This document shows, piece by piece, positions 48,421 to 56,984 of a stretch of DNA of 64,000 nt. Position 1 is the stretch's first letter; the number at the start of each line of letters is the position of its first letter. The notes beneath the pieces are model-generated. The model was not told where the DNA came from and did not search any database. It worked only from the letters and a program-made list of their open reading frames with translations. A program made the position numbers and the translations under genes. This DNA is from Dehalococcoidia bacterium (lineage in GTDB: Bacteria > Chloroflexota > Dehalococcoidia > Lucifugimonadales > JAGWBF01), in the NCBI GenBank assembly GCA_965207305.1, contig CBDBMB010000002.1, positions 303,344-367,343 of the forward strand. The letters are read 5' to 3'.

Positions 48421-50477
48421 GGCCCGTCGCCGGGGACATCGACTCCATCACCGTCGAGGTGGTGCGCAACCGCCTGGAGTCCATCGTGCGGGAGATGGGT
48501 GAGGTGATCCTCCGCACCTCCCGCTCCTCCGTCGCCCACCACGGCCGCGACTTCTCCTGCGGCATATTCGACGCCCGGGCCGAGATGCTGGCCTTGGGCA
48601 CCTCCATCGCCATACACATCTTCCCCGTGGGCTTCCAGCTCCGGGCCCTGCTCGCCCGCTTTGGAGGCGACATCCTGCCCGGAGATATCTTCGTGGGCAA
48701 CGACCCCCGGGACGGCGGGCTGCACCCCAACGACGTCCTGCTGGCTGTGCCCGTGTTCTACGACGACGAAATGGTGGCCTTCTCCACCACCAGGGTCCAC
48801 CACTACGACGTGGGGGGCATGGTCCCGGGCAGCATATCGGGCAACGCCACGGAGATGTACCAGGAGGGGCTGCGCATACCCATCATACGCATGGGCCGGG
48901 ACAACGAGATCGACCCCAACATCATGGACCTGATCCTGAACAACGTGCGCGTGCCCGTCGAGATGCGAGGCGACCTGCTGGCGCAGCTTGCCGGCTGCCG
49001 GGTGGGCGCCCAGCGCATCACGTCCATGGTCGAAAGGTACGGCAGGGAGCGGGTGCGGCGCATCTGGAGCGGCGTGCTGGACTCCTACGAGCGCAGGTGC
49101 AGGGCGCTCATATCCCGGCTCCCCAACAGGACGCTGGTCCACGAGGGGTACCTGGACAGCGACGGGGTCGCCCCCGGCCACCTGCGCATCAGGACCGTGG
49201 TCCGCATCGAAGACGGCGGCGTCACCGTGGACTACACGGGAAGCTCTCCTCAGACGGGCGGGCCCAACAACGTGACCCTGCCCATGGGGGCATCCTACGG
49301 GTTCATGGGGGTGAAGGCCGCCCTGGACCCCAGCGGCCCCATCAACTCCGGCTACCTGCGCCCCATCCGGACCATCGTTCCCGAGGGGACGATCCTCAAC
49401 GCCATGGCCCCCGCTGCCGCCGGCGGCCAGCAGGAGGTCGGCCAGGCGGCCATCTCGGCCATGGTGGCTTTGGCCGAGGTGGTGCCCGAGCGCGTCTCCT
49501 CCGAGGAGGGCTCCTCCACCCACCACATGACCTGCTCCGGCGCCGACACCCGTTTCGGGAGTCCCAGGCCCTTCATCTTCTACGGGTCCGACCCTGGAGG
49601 GGGAGGCGCCCGGGCCGACCGCGACGGCATGGACTACGTGAGGCCCATCCGGTCGGGCAACACCAACGCCCGGGGCATCGAGGTGCTGGAGAGGGCCTAT
49701 CCCCTGACGTTCCTGGGCATGTCCCTGCGTTCCGACTCGGGGGGGCCGGGCAGGTTCCGCGGGGGCTTGGGGACGGTCCGGGAGTACCGCATCCCCTCGG
49801 ACGGCACCTTCTCGCTGATGGGAGAGCACGCCATGATCCCCCCCGCCGGGGTCTTCGGCGGTTACCCGGGGGCCCTCGCGCGGTTCGAGGTCCTGAGGGA
49901 TGGGGAGACGGTGCCCATCTCCCCGGTGCACGGCAGCAAGGCCACCGCCTTTCCTCTGAAGGCGGGGGACGTGCTGCGTATCTGCAGCCAGGGCGCTGGC
50001 GGCTGGGGCGACCCCCTGGAGCGGGAGCCTGGCCGGGTCCTGGACGACGTCCTGGACGGGCGGGTGTCCCGGGCTCAGGCCGCCGACCTGTACGGGGTCC
50101 TCCTCGACGACGCGGGAGAGGCGGTAGACCTGCCGGCTACCCTCCGGAAACGGAGGGACTTGGCCTCGGCCCGCCTGTACCTCAGGGCTGCCCGGGGCGG
50201 CGGGCCCGAGTTCCACATGGGAGTCAGGGTGGCCTGGGTGGGCGAGGCTGCGGCCCGGCGCATCGGCGCCCCGCCCTACGGTACGCACCGCTTGGCCGAG
50301 GGCTTCGCCCGCCCCCTCTCCGACAATCTCCAGCCGGCCCCCTTCAGGTTCAGCGTCGCTGTCCTGCCGCACTTGGCCGAGGACGCCATCGAGTTGGACC
50401 GGGAGGCCTGGGAGGACCTGGGACTGGGTCACGGGGACCGGCTTCTGGTGAGGCCCCTATGGTCCCCGGACTGCTAG
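48417..50477 (+). CDS. hydantoinase/oxoprolinase family, B (HyuB-like) subunit
   Basis: The ATG at 48417 overlaps the hyuA-like stop (ATGA). MRPVAGDIDSITVEVVRNRLESIVREMG is a typical HyuB N-terminus. Confidence 0.85.
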   Translation: MRPVAGDIDSITVEVVRNRLESIVREMGEVILRTSRSSVAHHGRDFSCGIFDARAEMLALGTSIAIHIFPVGFQLRALLARFGGDILPGDIFVGNDPRDGGLHPNDVLLAVPVFYDDEMVAFSTTRVHHYDVGGMVPGSISGNATEMYQEGLRIPIIRMGRDNEIDPNIMDLILNNVRVPVEMRGDLLAQLAGCRVGAQRITSMVERYGRERVRRIWSGVLDSYERRCRALISRLPNRTLVHEGYLDSDGVAPGHLRIRTVVRIEDGGVTVDYTGSSPQTGGPNNVTLPMGASYGFMGVKAALDPSGPINSGYLRPIRTIVPEGTILNAMAPAAAGGQQEVGQAAISAMVALAEVVPERVSSEEGSSTHHMTCSGADTRFGSPRPFIFYGSDPGGGGARADRDGMDYVRPIRSGNTNARGIEVLERAYPLTFLGMSLRSDSGGPGRFRGGLGTVREYRIPSDGTFSLMGEHAMIPPAGVFGGYPGALARFEVLRDGETVPISPVHGSKATAFPLKAGDVLRICSQGAGGWGDPLEREPGRVLDDVLDGRVSRAQAADLYGVLLDDAGEAVDLPATLRKRRDLASARLYLRAARGGGPEFHMGVRVAWVGEAAARRIGAPPYGTHRLAEGFARPLSDNLQPAPFRFSVAVLPHLAEDAIELDREAWEDLGLGHGDRLLVRPLWSPDC

Positions 50478-50815
50478 TCCGTGACCCCTTTGGCGGCCGG
50501 CCCCGGCGAGTAAGCCGCCACCATCTCCAGCCTTCGAGACATCCGGTCCTCCGTAGTCTCGAGGTCGTATTGGCCTTGTAGTCCCATCCAGAACTCCGGT
50601 GAGTTCCCGAAGAAGCGCGAGAACAGCAGGGCTGTCTCCGCGGTGATGGAGCGCCGTCCGTGGACTATGGAGTGAATCCTGCGGGCGTCTACGCCGATGG
50701 CCTTGGCCAGCCGGTACTGGGTGATGTTCATCGGACGGAGAAACTCCTCGTTGAGGATCTCACCCGGATGGATCGGTGGTAGCTTCTCCGGGTCTTGCGT
50801 CTCTCTGGTTGACAT
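50474..50815 (-). CDS. HigA-family XRE helix-turn-helix protein (no cognate HigB)
   Basis: IHPGEILNEEFLRPMNITQYRLAKAIGVDARRIHSIVHGRRSITAETALLFSRFFGNSPEFWMGLQ. AGGAGG lies 5 nt before the ATG. The gene is 32 nt downstream of ligD. Confidence 0.8.
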   Translation of the reverse strand: MSTRETQDPEKLPPIHPGEILNEEFLRPMNITQYRLAKAIGVDARRIHSIVHGRRSITAETALLFSRFFGNSPEFWMGLQGQYDLETTEDRMSRRLEMVAAYSPGPAAKGVTD

Positions 50816-50847
50816 CGTGGCCTCCTGCCGTCAGCGGTGGTAGTCCG

Positions 50848-53565
50848 TTACACCGCCTCCTCCAGCAGCCGTCGCAGGTCGTGCTTGGCCGCCAGGATGC
50901 CTGACCATAGGTCTCCAACCTCTCTGAGCCGGTCCGGAGTCGTCTGGATGGTGAAGTCCGTGGGGTAGACCCGGTCCAGCTCCTCCCACCGCAGGGGGGT
51001 GGACACCGGCGCGTTGGGCGCGGGTCTCAGGGAGTAGATGGATGCCATGTTCTTGGTGCGGACGTTCTGGTTGTGGTCCAGGAATATCTTGCCCGAGCGC
51101 TTGCTCACCGTCCACTCCATCGTCACGTCCTGTGGCAGGTGCTGCATGAGGAACCGGCCTATGAGCTGGCACGTGCTGCGGGTCACCGGGTAGCCGTACT
51201 GCCTCAGTACGGGCACGTAGATGTGGAGGCCCGTCTTTCCCGACGTCTTGATGAAGGACGACAGGGAGAGTTGGTCCAGGATGTCCTTCAGCTCCCGGGC
51301 CACCTCCACAGTCTTGGAGAAGGCCCGGCGGTTCAGCTCGGGCTCGTCCCCCGACTTCTCCTTGCCCGAGTAGATGTAGGGGTCCAGGTCGAAGACGATG
51401 AAGTCCGGGTAGTTCAGGACGCTGGCGTCAATCGCCTCCTTGGACCCGGTGAAGGTGGTGGGCAGGTGGGCCGCGTCGGGGAGGTGGGTAACCCGGGACA
51501 GCCACGGGTGCAGCTCGATGCTGGCGAGCTGGGCCAGCCAGACCAGCGTGGGCAGGTTGTTGGCCATAATGAAGTCGCCGTCCCCCTCGTTGTGGGAGGA
51601 GTACAGGCGTACCGTCTCCACGAACTCGGGCCGCTTCAGATCCGAGTGCTTCTGGTAGAAGCTCCCTTCGTGTATGCCGTTGGGGTAGCGGGTGAACGTC
51701 AGGGGGCGGTCCTTCAGGTGGGGTAGCAGGAGGTCGCTGGCCTCCAGGTAGTGCCGGACCAGGTCCCGCTTCGTGTAGGGTCCCCCGGCGCCGCTCTCGG
51801 GCCACAGCGCCTTGTTCAGGTTCGTCAGCCCGATGCGGTGGCCCGAGACCGTCAGGAGGAGCTTGTCCTGCTTCCCGGAGAGCTGCTCCAGCAGGGCGGG
51901 CACGTCGTCGACGGCCTGCGCCGGGTGGTCCCCGGGGGCCGTGGCCGGCGCGGATGTCACCGTCTCCTCGGCGCTCCGGGTGACGGACCCGGCGTCCACG
52001 TCCGTGCGGAGTCCAAGAAAGACAGGGGCGCGGAGCCGGTCGGCATGGGTCCACTCGGCGAACTTCACCCTCGCCACCAGGAGGGGCCGTACCCAGGCGG
52101 CCTCGGTGGAGTCCACCTCCGGGTCGGGCGCGAAGGGGCTGCTGTCTGCCGCTATGGCGTCCAGGGATGCCCTCAGGGTCTCCAGGGAGCGGGAGTCGAA
52201 GCCGCTGCCCACCCTGCCGGCGTACTTCAGAGCTCCGTTTTCGTAGTATCCCACCATCAGGGAGCCGAAGGTGGAGGCCCGGGAGCCGGTCCCGGGCGTA
52301 TAGCCGCCGATGACGAGCTCCTGCTCCCGCACGCCCTTCACCTTGAGCCACGAGGCGCTGCGCCGCCCGGGTTCGTAGATGCTGTCCCGCTTCTTGGCCA
52401 CCATCCCCTCCAGGCCCAGCTCCGAGGCGGCCCGGTAGAAGGTCTCGCCCTCGCCGTCGATGTACTCCACCTGCCGGACGTGGTCGCCCCCGATCAGCGC
52501 CCGGCCGAGGGCCTCCTTGCGTTGGAACAGGGGGACGCGGCGCAGGTCCCTTCCGTCGACGTGGAGCATGTCGAAGGGATAGTAGGCCAGGACCGCGTCT
52601 TCGGCGGGACGGTCCACGGACCGGGGTTCCAGGTGCATGGTCTGCTGGAGCAGGCCGAAGTCGGGATGGCCCTCGGAGTCCAGGGCCACCAGTTCCCCGT
52701 CCAGCACCAGCTCCCCCTCGGGCTGGACCTCCAGCTCTTGGACTATCATCGGGACGGCGGAGGTCAGGTCGTTGCCGTTCCGGCTCAGGAGGGTCACGTT
52801 GCCCCCCTGGATGAACGCCAGCACCCGGTGCCCGTCCAGCTTGGGCTCGAACAGCCAGTTGGGGTGGGAGAAGGGCCTGTCCGCCGTCCGCGCCAGCATC
52901 GGCTTCATCCTTGCCGGGAAGTCGCCGGGCGTGCCCAGCGCGGACAGTGCGGCGCCGCTGGAGGCCGGCTCGGGAAGCCGGCCCTCCTTCAGGTCCTCCA
53001 GCGTGAGGCCCGACTGTACCGACCGGTCCTGGTCCACCAGGTCGTGCTCCGTGTCCACGTGCTCGTCCCGGTGCTTGATGAGGAGCCAGTCCTTGGGGTT
53101 TCTGGAGGTGCGCACCAAGGTCCAGGACCCCTTGAGCTTGCGGCCCCGGAGGGTGAAGGAGAGCTTCCCCCTCTCCAGGTCCGCGCGCATGCGCTCCTCG
53201 GACTCCTCCTTGTGCCCGAAGGAGAGGCCTCCCTCGTCGGGAGAGTAGGCGCCCGTGTCCCACACGATGACCTGGCCCCCGCCGTAGTTGCCGTGGGCTA
53301 TCACACCCTCGAAGGTGGCGTACTCCAGGGGGTGGTCCTCCACGTGAACGGCCAGGCGTTTCTCCTTCGGGTCCGCCGAGGGGCCCTTGGGCACCGCCCA
53401 GGACTTGAGGACCCCGTCCACCTCCAGACGAAAGTCGTAGTGGAGCCGCCTTGCCGCGTGCTTCTGGACCACGAACCGCAGGCTTCCTCCGCCGGACCTC
53501 CCGTCTGCGGGGGCCGGCTCCCGGGTGCGGGAGAAGTCCCGCTTGCTTCGATACTCCTCCAGCAT
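50848..53565 (-). CDS. ligD: multidomain NHEJ DNA ligase D (phosphoesterase - ligase - polymerase/primase)
   Basis: The ATG at 53565 gives MLEEYRSKRDFSRTREP...FVVQKHAARRLHYDFRLE (PE domain). EPKLDGHR is the KxDG motif of the ligase domain. The C-terminal Pol domain has FIVFDLDP. Total 905 aa. The track ORF 50848..54435 carries a spurious 290-aa extension. Confidence 0.9.
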   Translation of the reverse strand: MLEEYRSKRDFSRTREPAPADGRSGGGSLRFVVQKHAARRLHYDFRLEVDGVLKSWAVPKGPSADPKEKRLAVHVEDHPLEYATFEGVIAHGNYGGGQVIVWDTGAYSPDEGGLSFGHKEESEERMRADLERGKLSFTLRGRKLKGSWTLVRTSRNPKDWLLIKHRDEHVDTEHDLVDQDRSVQSGLTLEDLKEGRLPEPASSGAALSALGTPGDFPARMKPMLARTADRPFSHPNWLFEPKLDGHRVLAFIQGGNVTLLSRNGNDLTSAVPMIVQELEVQPEGELVLDGELVALDSEGHPDFGLLQQTMHLEPRSVDRPAEDAVLAYYPFDMLHVDGRDLRRVPLFQRKEALGRALIGGDHVRQVEYIDGEGETFYRAASELGLEGMVAKKRDSIYEPGRRSASWLKVKGVREQELVIGGYTPGTGSRASTFGSLMVGYYENGALKYAGRVGSGFDSRSLETLRASLDAIAADSSPFAPDPEVDSTEAAWVRPLLVARVKFAEWTHADRLRAPVFLGLRTDVDAGSVTRSAEETVTSAPATAPGDHPAQAVDDVPALLEQLSGKQDKLLLTVSGHRIGLTNLNKALWPESGAGGPYTKRDLVRHYLEASDLLLPHLKDRPLTFTRYPNGIHEGSFYQKHSDLKRPEFVETVRLYSSHNEGDGDFIMANNLPTLVWLAQLASIELHPWLSRVTHLPDAAHLPTTFTGSKEAIDASVLNYPDFIVFDLDPYIYSGKEKSGDEPELNRRAFSKTVEVARELKDILDQLSLSSFIKTSGKTGLHIYVPVLRQYGYPVTRSTCQLIGRFLMQHLPQDVTMEWTVSKRSGKIFLDHNQNVRTKNMASIYSLRPAPNAPVSTPLRWEELDRVYPTDFTIQTTPDRLREVGDLWSGILAAKHDLRRLLEEAV

Positions 53566-53570
53566 GGCGG

Positions 53571-54284
53571 CTAGGCCGGCGTGCGCGCCTCGAGGCTCGC
53601 TTCGAGCTGCCTGACGAACGCCGGCCCAGTGCCCTTCTCCTCGTGCTTGAAGTAGACGAAGACGTCCTTCCAGTCTTTGGAATGGTCCAGTATCGCCTCC
53701 GCCCAGGAGTCGATGTCCTCCTGCTGGTAGCTCTCGTCCCGCAGGCGGAAGTAGCCGAAGTCGGCCGTCGCCTCCACGGGCGTTGTCATTCGCTCGCTGT
53801 CGGCTATGCACATGGCGACGTTGGCGGACCTGAGCCTGCGGAACACCTCCTCCGAGTGCCAGGAGGCGTGGCGAAACTCCATCGCCACCCGCAGGTCGGG
53901 CGGCGCCCAGTCCAGGAACGAGTCCAGCGCCTCCGTGTCCGCCCTGAACGACGGGGGCAGCTGGAAGAACAGCACCCCCAGCTTGTCGCCCAGGGATCGG
54001 GCGCGAAGGCTGAAGGCCTGGATCACCTCCCGGCAGTCCTTCAGGCGAGCGTCGTGGGTTATGCGCCTCGGGGCCTTTAGGGTGAAGGTGAACCCCTCCG
54101 GCGTGGCGGCCCTCCAGCCCTCCACCGCCTTCTCGCTGGGGAACCGGTAGAAGGTGTAGTTGATCTCCACGGTGGAAAACTGCTGTGAGTAGTAGGGCAG
54201 CATCTTGCTCGTGGGGAGGTCGTCGGGGTAGAAGCTCCCCTTCCATTCCGGGTAGTTGTATCCGGATGTGCCGATGAATATCAT
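53571..54284 (-). CDS. DUF72 (YecE-like) family protein
   Basis: MIFIGTSGYNYPEWKGSFYP...FFQLPPSF...; GGAGGGAAG RBS. The stop lies 5 nt before the ligD ATG. Confidence 0.85.
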   Translation of the reverse strand: MIFIGTSGYNYPEWKGSFYPDDLPTSKMLPYYSQQFSTVEINYTFYRFPSEKAVEGWRAATPEGFTFTLKAPRRITHDARLKDCREVIQAFSLRARSLGDKLGVLFFQLPPSFRADTEALDSFLDWAPPDLRVAMEFRHASWHSEEVFRRLRSANVAMCIADSERMTTPVEATADFGYFRLRDESYQQEDIDSWAEAILDHSKDWKDVFVYFKHEEKGTGPAFVRQLEASLEARTPA

Positions 54285-54307
54285 CTTCCCTCCGGTGCCG
54301 GGCCGGC

Positions 54308-54350
54308 TGCCGGTGGTGGTGCCGCCACGCGGCGGCGTGATGCCGGTGGT
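54308..54350 (-). promoter_or_regulatory. leader element of the DUF72-ligD operon: direct repeat - hairpin - direct repeat
   Basis: TGCCGGTGGT at 54308-54317 and 54341-54350 flank the palindrome GCCGCC-ACGC-GGCGGC (54321-54336). Confidence 0.55.
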
Positions 54351-54360
54351 TCAACCTACA

Positions 54361-54369
54361 ATTATAGCA
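54361..54369 (-). promoter_or_regulatory. extended -10 promoter element TGCTATAAT (minus strand)
   Basis: The rev-comp of 54361-54369 reads TGCTATAAT, 77 nt upstream of the DUF72 ATG. Confidence 0.5.
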
Positions 54370-54506
54370 GCACCCACCCCTGGGGCCATTGGTCACACAA
54401 GGGGTTTTTGAAGGCCGGCAGGCCCATCCCCCCATCGCTTCGAGGCCGGTTGACCCCCTCGACGGCGGTCGTATATGCTGGTGCCAGGCTCTACGGACGG
54501 AAGAGT

Positions 54507-55517
54507 ATGGCGGTAGTCCAATCCAGGGTCTCCCGGGGTCTGCCCGCGACGGTGAAGCCGATGCTGGCCCGCCTTGCCCGGCACCCCTTCGACTCCACCG
54601 AGCACTTCTTCGAGCTCAAGTGGGACGGCATCCGGGCCATGGCGTTCCTCGAAGAGGGCCGCCTCCGGCTGCTCAGCCGCACCTCCCGGGACATCACCGG
54701 CAGCTTTCCAGAGCTTGCGGACCTGCCCGGCCAGGTGGGCGCCCGCGGCGTCGTGCTGGACGGTGAGCTGGTGTGCCTGGACTCGGACGGCCGCCCCAGC
54801 TTCCCCCTGCTCCAGAGGCGTCTGGGCGCGGCGGGCCGCAGGGGCGGGCGGGACAACCCGGTCCACTTCATCGCCTTCGACCTCCTCTACCTGGAGGGTC
54901 GTTCGGTCATGTCGGAGCCCCTGTACAGCCGGAAGAGACGCCTCCACGAGATAGTCCGGCCCAGCGACCTGGCCCAGGTCTGCGACCTCGTCGATGGGGA
55001 TGGGGCCGCCTTCTTCCAGGCCACCTGCCAGCACGGCCTGGAAGGCATAGTGGCCAAGGAGAAGTCCAGCCCCTACCTGCCCGGGAGGCGGAGCCGGCAC
55101 TGGCTGAAGGTGAAGCGCGTCCGTGAGTCGGAGTTCGTCATAGGCGGCTACACGTTTTCCGGGGGCAGGCGGGGCGCCTTCGACAGCCTGCTGCTGGGGC
55201 TGTACGACGACGACAGGCGGCTGGTGTTCGTGGGGCAGGTGTCCGCGGGACTATCGGGGGCCGCCGCCAGGGACTTGGGCCGGGACCTCCAGCGTATTCA
55301 CGTCGAGGAGTGTCCCTTCCGCTCCCTCCCCCGGGTCCGGCGGCTGATGTTCTGGTGCCGGCCCCAGGTCGTCTGCCAGGTGGAGTACGGCGAGTTCAGC
55401 GAGGACGGCGAGCTGACCTATCCCATGTTCAAGGCGCTTCGGGACGACAAGTCTCCCGGAGACTGCGTCGTCGCCGACGCGCCGGGGTGGCCGAAGCTGC
55501 TGGCGGACTTCGCCTGA
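54507..55517 (+). CDS. stand-alone ATP-dependent DNA ligase (LigD ligase-domain-only / LigC-like)
   Basis: The ATG at 54507 gives ...KPMLARLARHPF..., and ELKWDGIR is the KxDG motif; 336 aa. A candidate promoter TTGACC (54450-54455) - 16 nt - TATATG (54472-54477) lies upstream. Confidence 0.85.
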   Translation: MAVVQSRVSRGLPATVKPMLARLARHPFDSTEHFFELKWDGIRAMAFLEEGRLRLLSRTSRDITGSFPELADLPGQVGARGVVLDGELVCLDSDGRPSFPLLQRRLGAAGRRGGRDNPVHFIAFDLLYLEGRSVMSEPLYSRKRRLHEIVRPSDLAQVCDLVDGDGAAFFQATCQHGLEGIVAKEKSSPYLPGRRSRHWLKVKRVRESEFVIGGYTFSGGRRGAFDSLLLGLYDDDRRLVFVGQVSAGLSGAAARDLGRDLQRIHVEECPFRSLPRVRRLMFWCRPQVVCQVEYGEFSEDGELTYPMFKALRDDKSPGDCVVADAPGWPKLLADFA

Positions 55518-55520
55518 TGG

Positions 55521-55563
55521 GCGCACGTGCGCGGTTTGACCAAATTCGGGTGGCCCGTACACT
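55521..55563 (+). promoter_or_regulatory. 12-bp perfect palindrome plus candidate promoter upstream of ku
   Basis: GCGCACGTGCGC (55521-55532), then TTGACC (55536-55541) - 16 nt - TACACT (55558-55563). Confidence 0.4.
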
Positions 55564-55657
55564 ATTCTCGGGCGGGCCGTTCGTGGTGAAATGGGTCCGT
55601 GGCTGGCGGGTGAGTGGGTAGACTCCACCGGTTGGTGGTCTTTCAGGAGGTACACCC

Positions 55658-56548
55658 ATGGCCAGAAGAGCGATATGGAGAGGCGCGGTGAGCTTCGGGA
55701 TGGTGGCCATCCCCATCAAGCTGTACACCGCCACCGAGAGCAAGGACCTCTCCTTCGTCACCCTGCACAAGGCGTGCGGGAACCGCATCCGCCAGAAGCG
55801 GTACTGCCCGTACCACGAGACCGAGGTCGAGGCCTCGGAGATCGTGCGCGGCTACGAGTACGCCAAGGAGCAGTACCTGGAGATGGAGCCGGCGGACTTC
55901 GAGAACCTCCCCGTGCCTTCCACCCACGTCATAGAGATCACCCAGTTCGTGGACCTGGGAGACATCGACCCCATCAACTTCGAGCGCTCCTACATGCTGG
56001 AGCCCGAGGGCGTCGGGGTCAAGCCCTTCTACCTGCTCAAGCAGTCCCTCGAGGACAGCGGCAGGGTGGCCATCGCCAAGGTCTCCCTGCGTCAAAAGGA
56101 GCACATATGCTGCCTTCGCCCCTACCAGAAGGCCATCTCCATGCACACGATGCACTACCCCGACGAGATCCGCGGGACCAACGAGCTGGACCTGCCCGAG
56201 GAGAGGATCGCCATCACCGACCAGGAGATGGGCATGGCGTCCATACTAATAGACCAGCTCACTGCGCCCTACCAGCCGGAGATCTTCCAGGACGAGTACC
56301 GGCTGGCCCTGGAGCGCACCATCGAGGGGAAGCTCACCGCCCAGCAGCCCGTGACCGCCGCCCCGCCACCGCCCAAGGGCAAGGTGAGCGACCTGATGGA
56401 CGCGCTGAAGGCCAGCATCGCCGCGACCAAGAAGGCCGAGGCCGCGCCCCCCGGCCCGCCCGCCGAGTCGCCTGAGCCGCCCACTGAGCCAGAAGAGGCG
56501 CCGGCTCCCAAAAAGCGCCGCTCCAGGGCCAAAGCCAAGTCTGGCTAG
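55658..56548 (+). CDS. ku: Ku DNA end-binding protein
   Basis: MARRAIWRGAVSFGMVAIPIKLYTAT is the canonical bacterial Ku N-terminus. AGGAGG RBS. The tail is Lys/Ala/Pro-rich and basic. Confidence 0.95.
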   Translation: MARRAIWRGAVSFGMVAIPIKLYTATESKDLSFVTLHKACGNRIRQKRYCPYHETEVEASEIVRGYEYAKEQYLEMEPADFENLPVPSTHVIEITQFVDLGDIDPINFERSYMLEPEGVGVKPFYLLKQSLEDSGRVAIAKVSLRQKEHICCLRPYQKAISMHTMHYPDEIRGTNELDLPEERIAITDQEMGMASILIDQLTAPYQPEIFQDEYRLALERTIEGKLTAQQPVTAAPPPPKGKVSDLMDALKASIAATKKAEAAPPGPPAESPEPPTEPEEAPAPKKRRSRAKAKSG

Positions 56549-56574
56549 ACAAGACCCCAAGAGAGGTGTTCGGC

Positions 56575-56931
56575 ATGGGGACCTTCAGATGGCCGGTGCG
56601 GATTGCCAGCTTGGACGGCCAACAGACCCGTGACATTGAAGCAACGGTGGATACCGGCGCGGCTTACACCACGCTGCCCGGCAGCCTGTTGCGGGAGCTG
56701 GGCGTTGCTCCCTCGGGGAAGCGCCGCTTCCTCTTAGCCGATGGACGCCGCATTGAGATGGACTACGGACAGGCGTGGGCTACGATAGACGGCGAGAGCG
56801 TGACAACCCTGGTGGTCTTCGGCGAAGACCGCTCCCCGCCTCTGCTGGGAGCCTACACCCTGGATGGGCTGGCCCTGGCGGTGGACCCGGAAGCTCAACG
56901 CCTGGTGCCCACCCACATGATCCTTTACTAG
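56575..56931 (+). CDS. retropepsin-like (clan AA) aspartic protease, single domain
   Basis: 118 aa from the ATG at 56575 (GAGAGG 8 nt upstream). It has the DTG signature in ATVDTGAAYTTLP and is of homodimer-sized length. It lies 26 nt after the ku stop. Confidence 0.65.
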   Translation: MGTFRWPVRIASLDGQQTRDIEATVDTGAAYTTLPGSLLRELGVAPSGKRRFLLADGRRIEMDYGQAWATIDGESVTTLVVFGEDRSPPLLGAYTLDGLALAVDPEAQRLVPTHMILY

Positions 56932-56984
56932 GGCCGGCATCCCTGGGGCCGCGGCGGGTCCTCCCAGGCTGGTCGCTCCCCCGC

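Noticed and set aside
48372-50432. 686-aa minus-strand ORF antisense to the HyuB-like gene
   Set aside because: It has shadow-ORF composition, and the plus strand gives a full-length HyuB-like protein coupled (ATGA) to the HyuA-like gene.
54371-54386. CCCCAGGGGTGGGTG (minus strand), which resembles the 3' flank of the REP-like unit
   Set aside because: The hairpin core (TTCCGGC-GAAG-GCCGGAA) is absent. An 11-nt match in GC-rich DNA is not enough to call a fourth copy.
53566-54435. N-terminal ~290-aa extension of the LigD frame (track ORF 50848..54435, 1195 aa)
   Set aside because: The extension is low-complexity and overlaps, out of frame, the well-supported DUF72 gene. The LigD phosphoesterase domain begins at the ATG at 53565 (MLEEYRSKRDF...).
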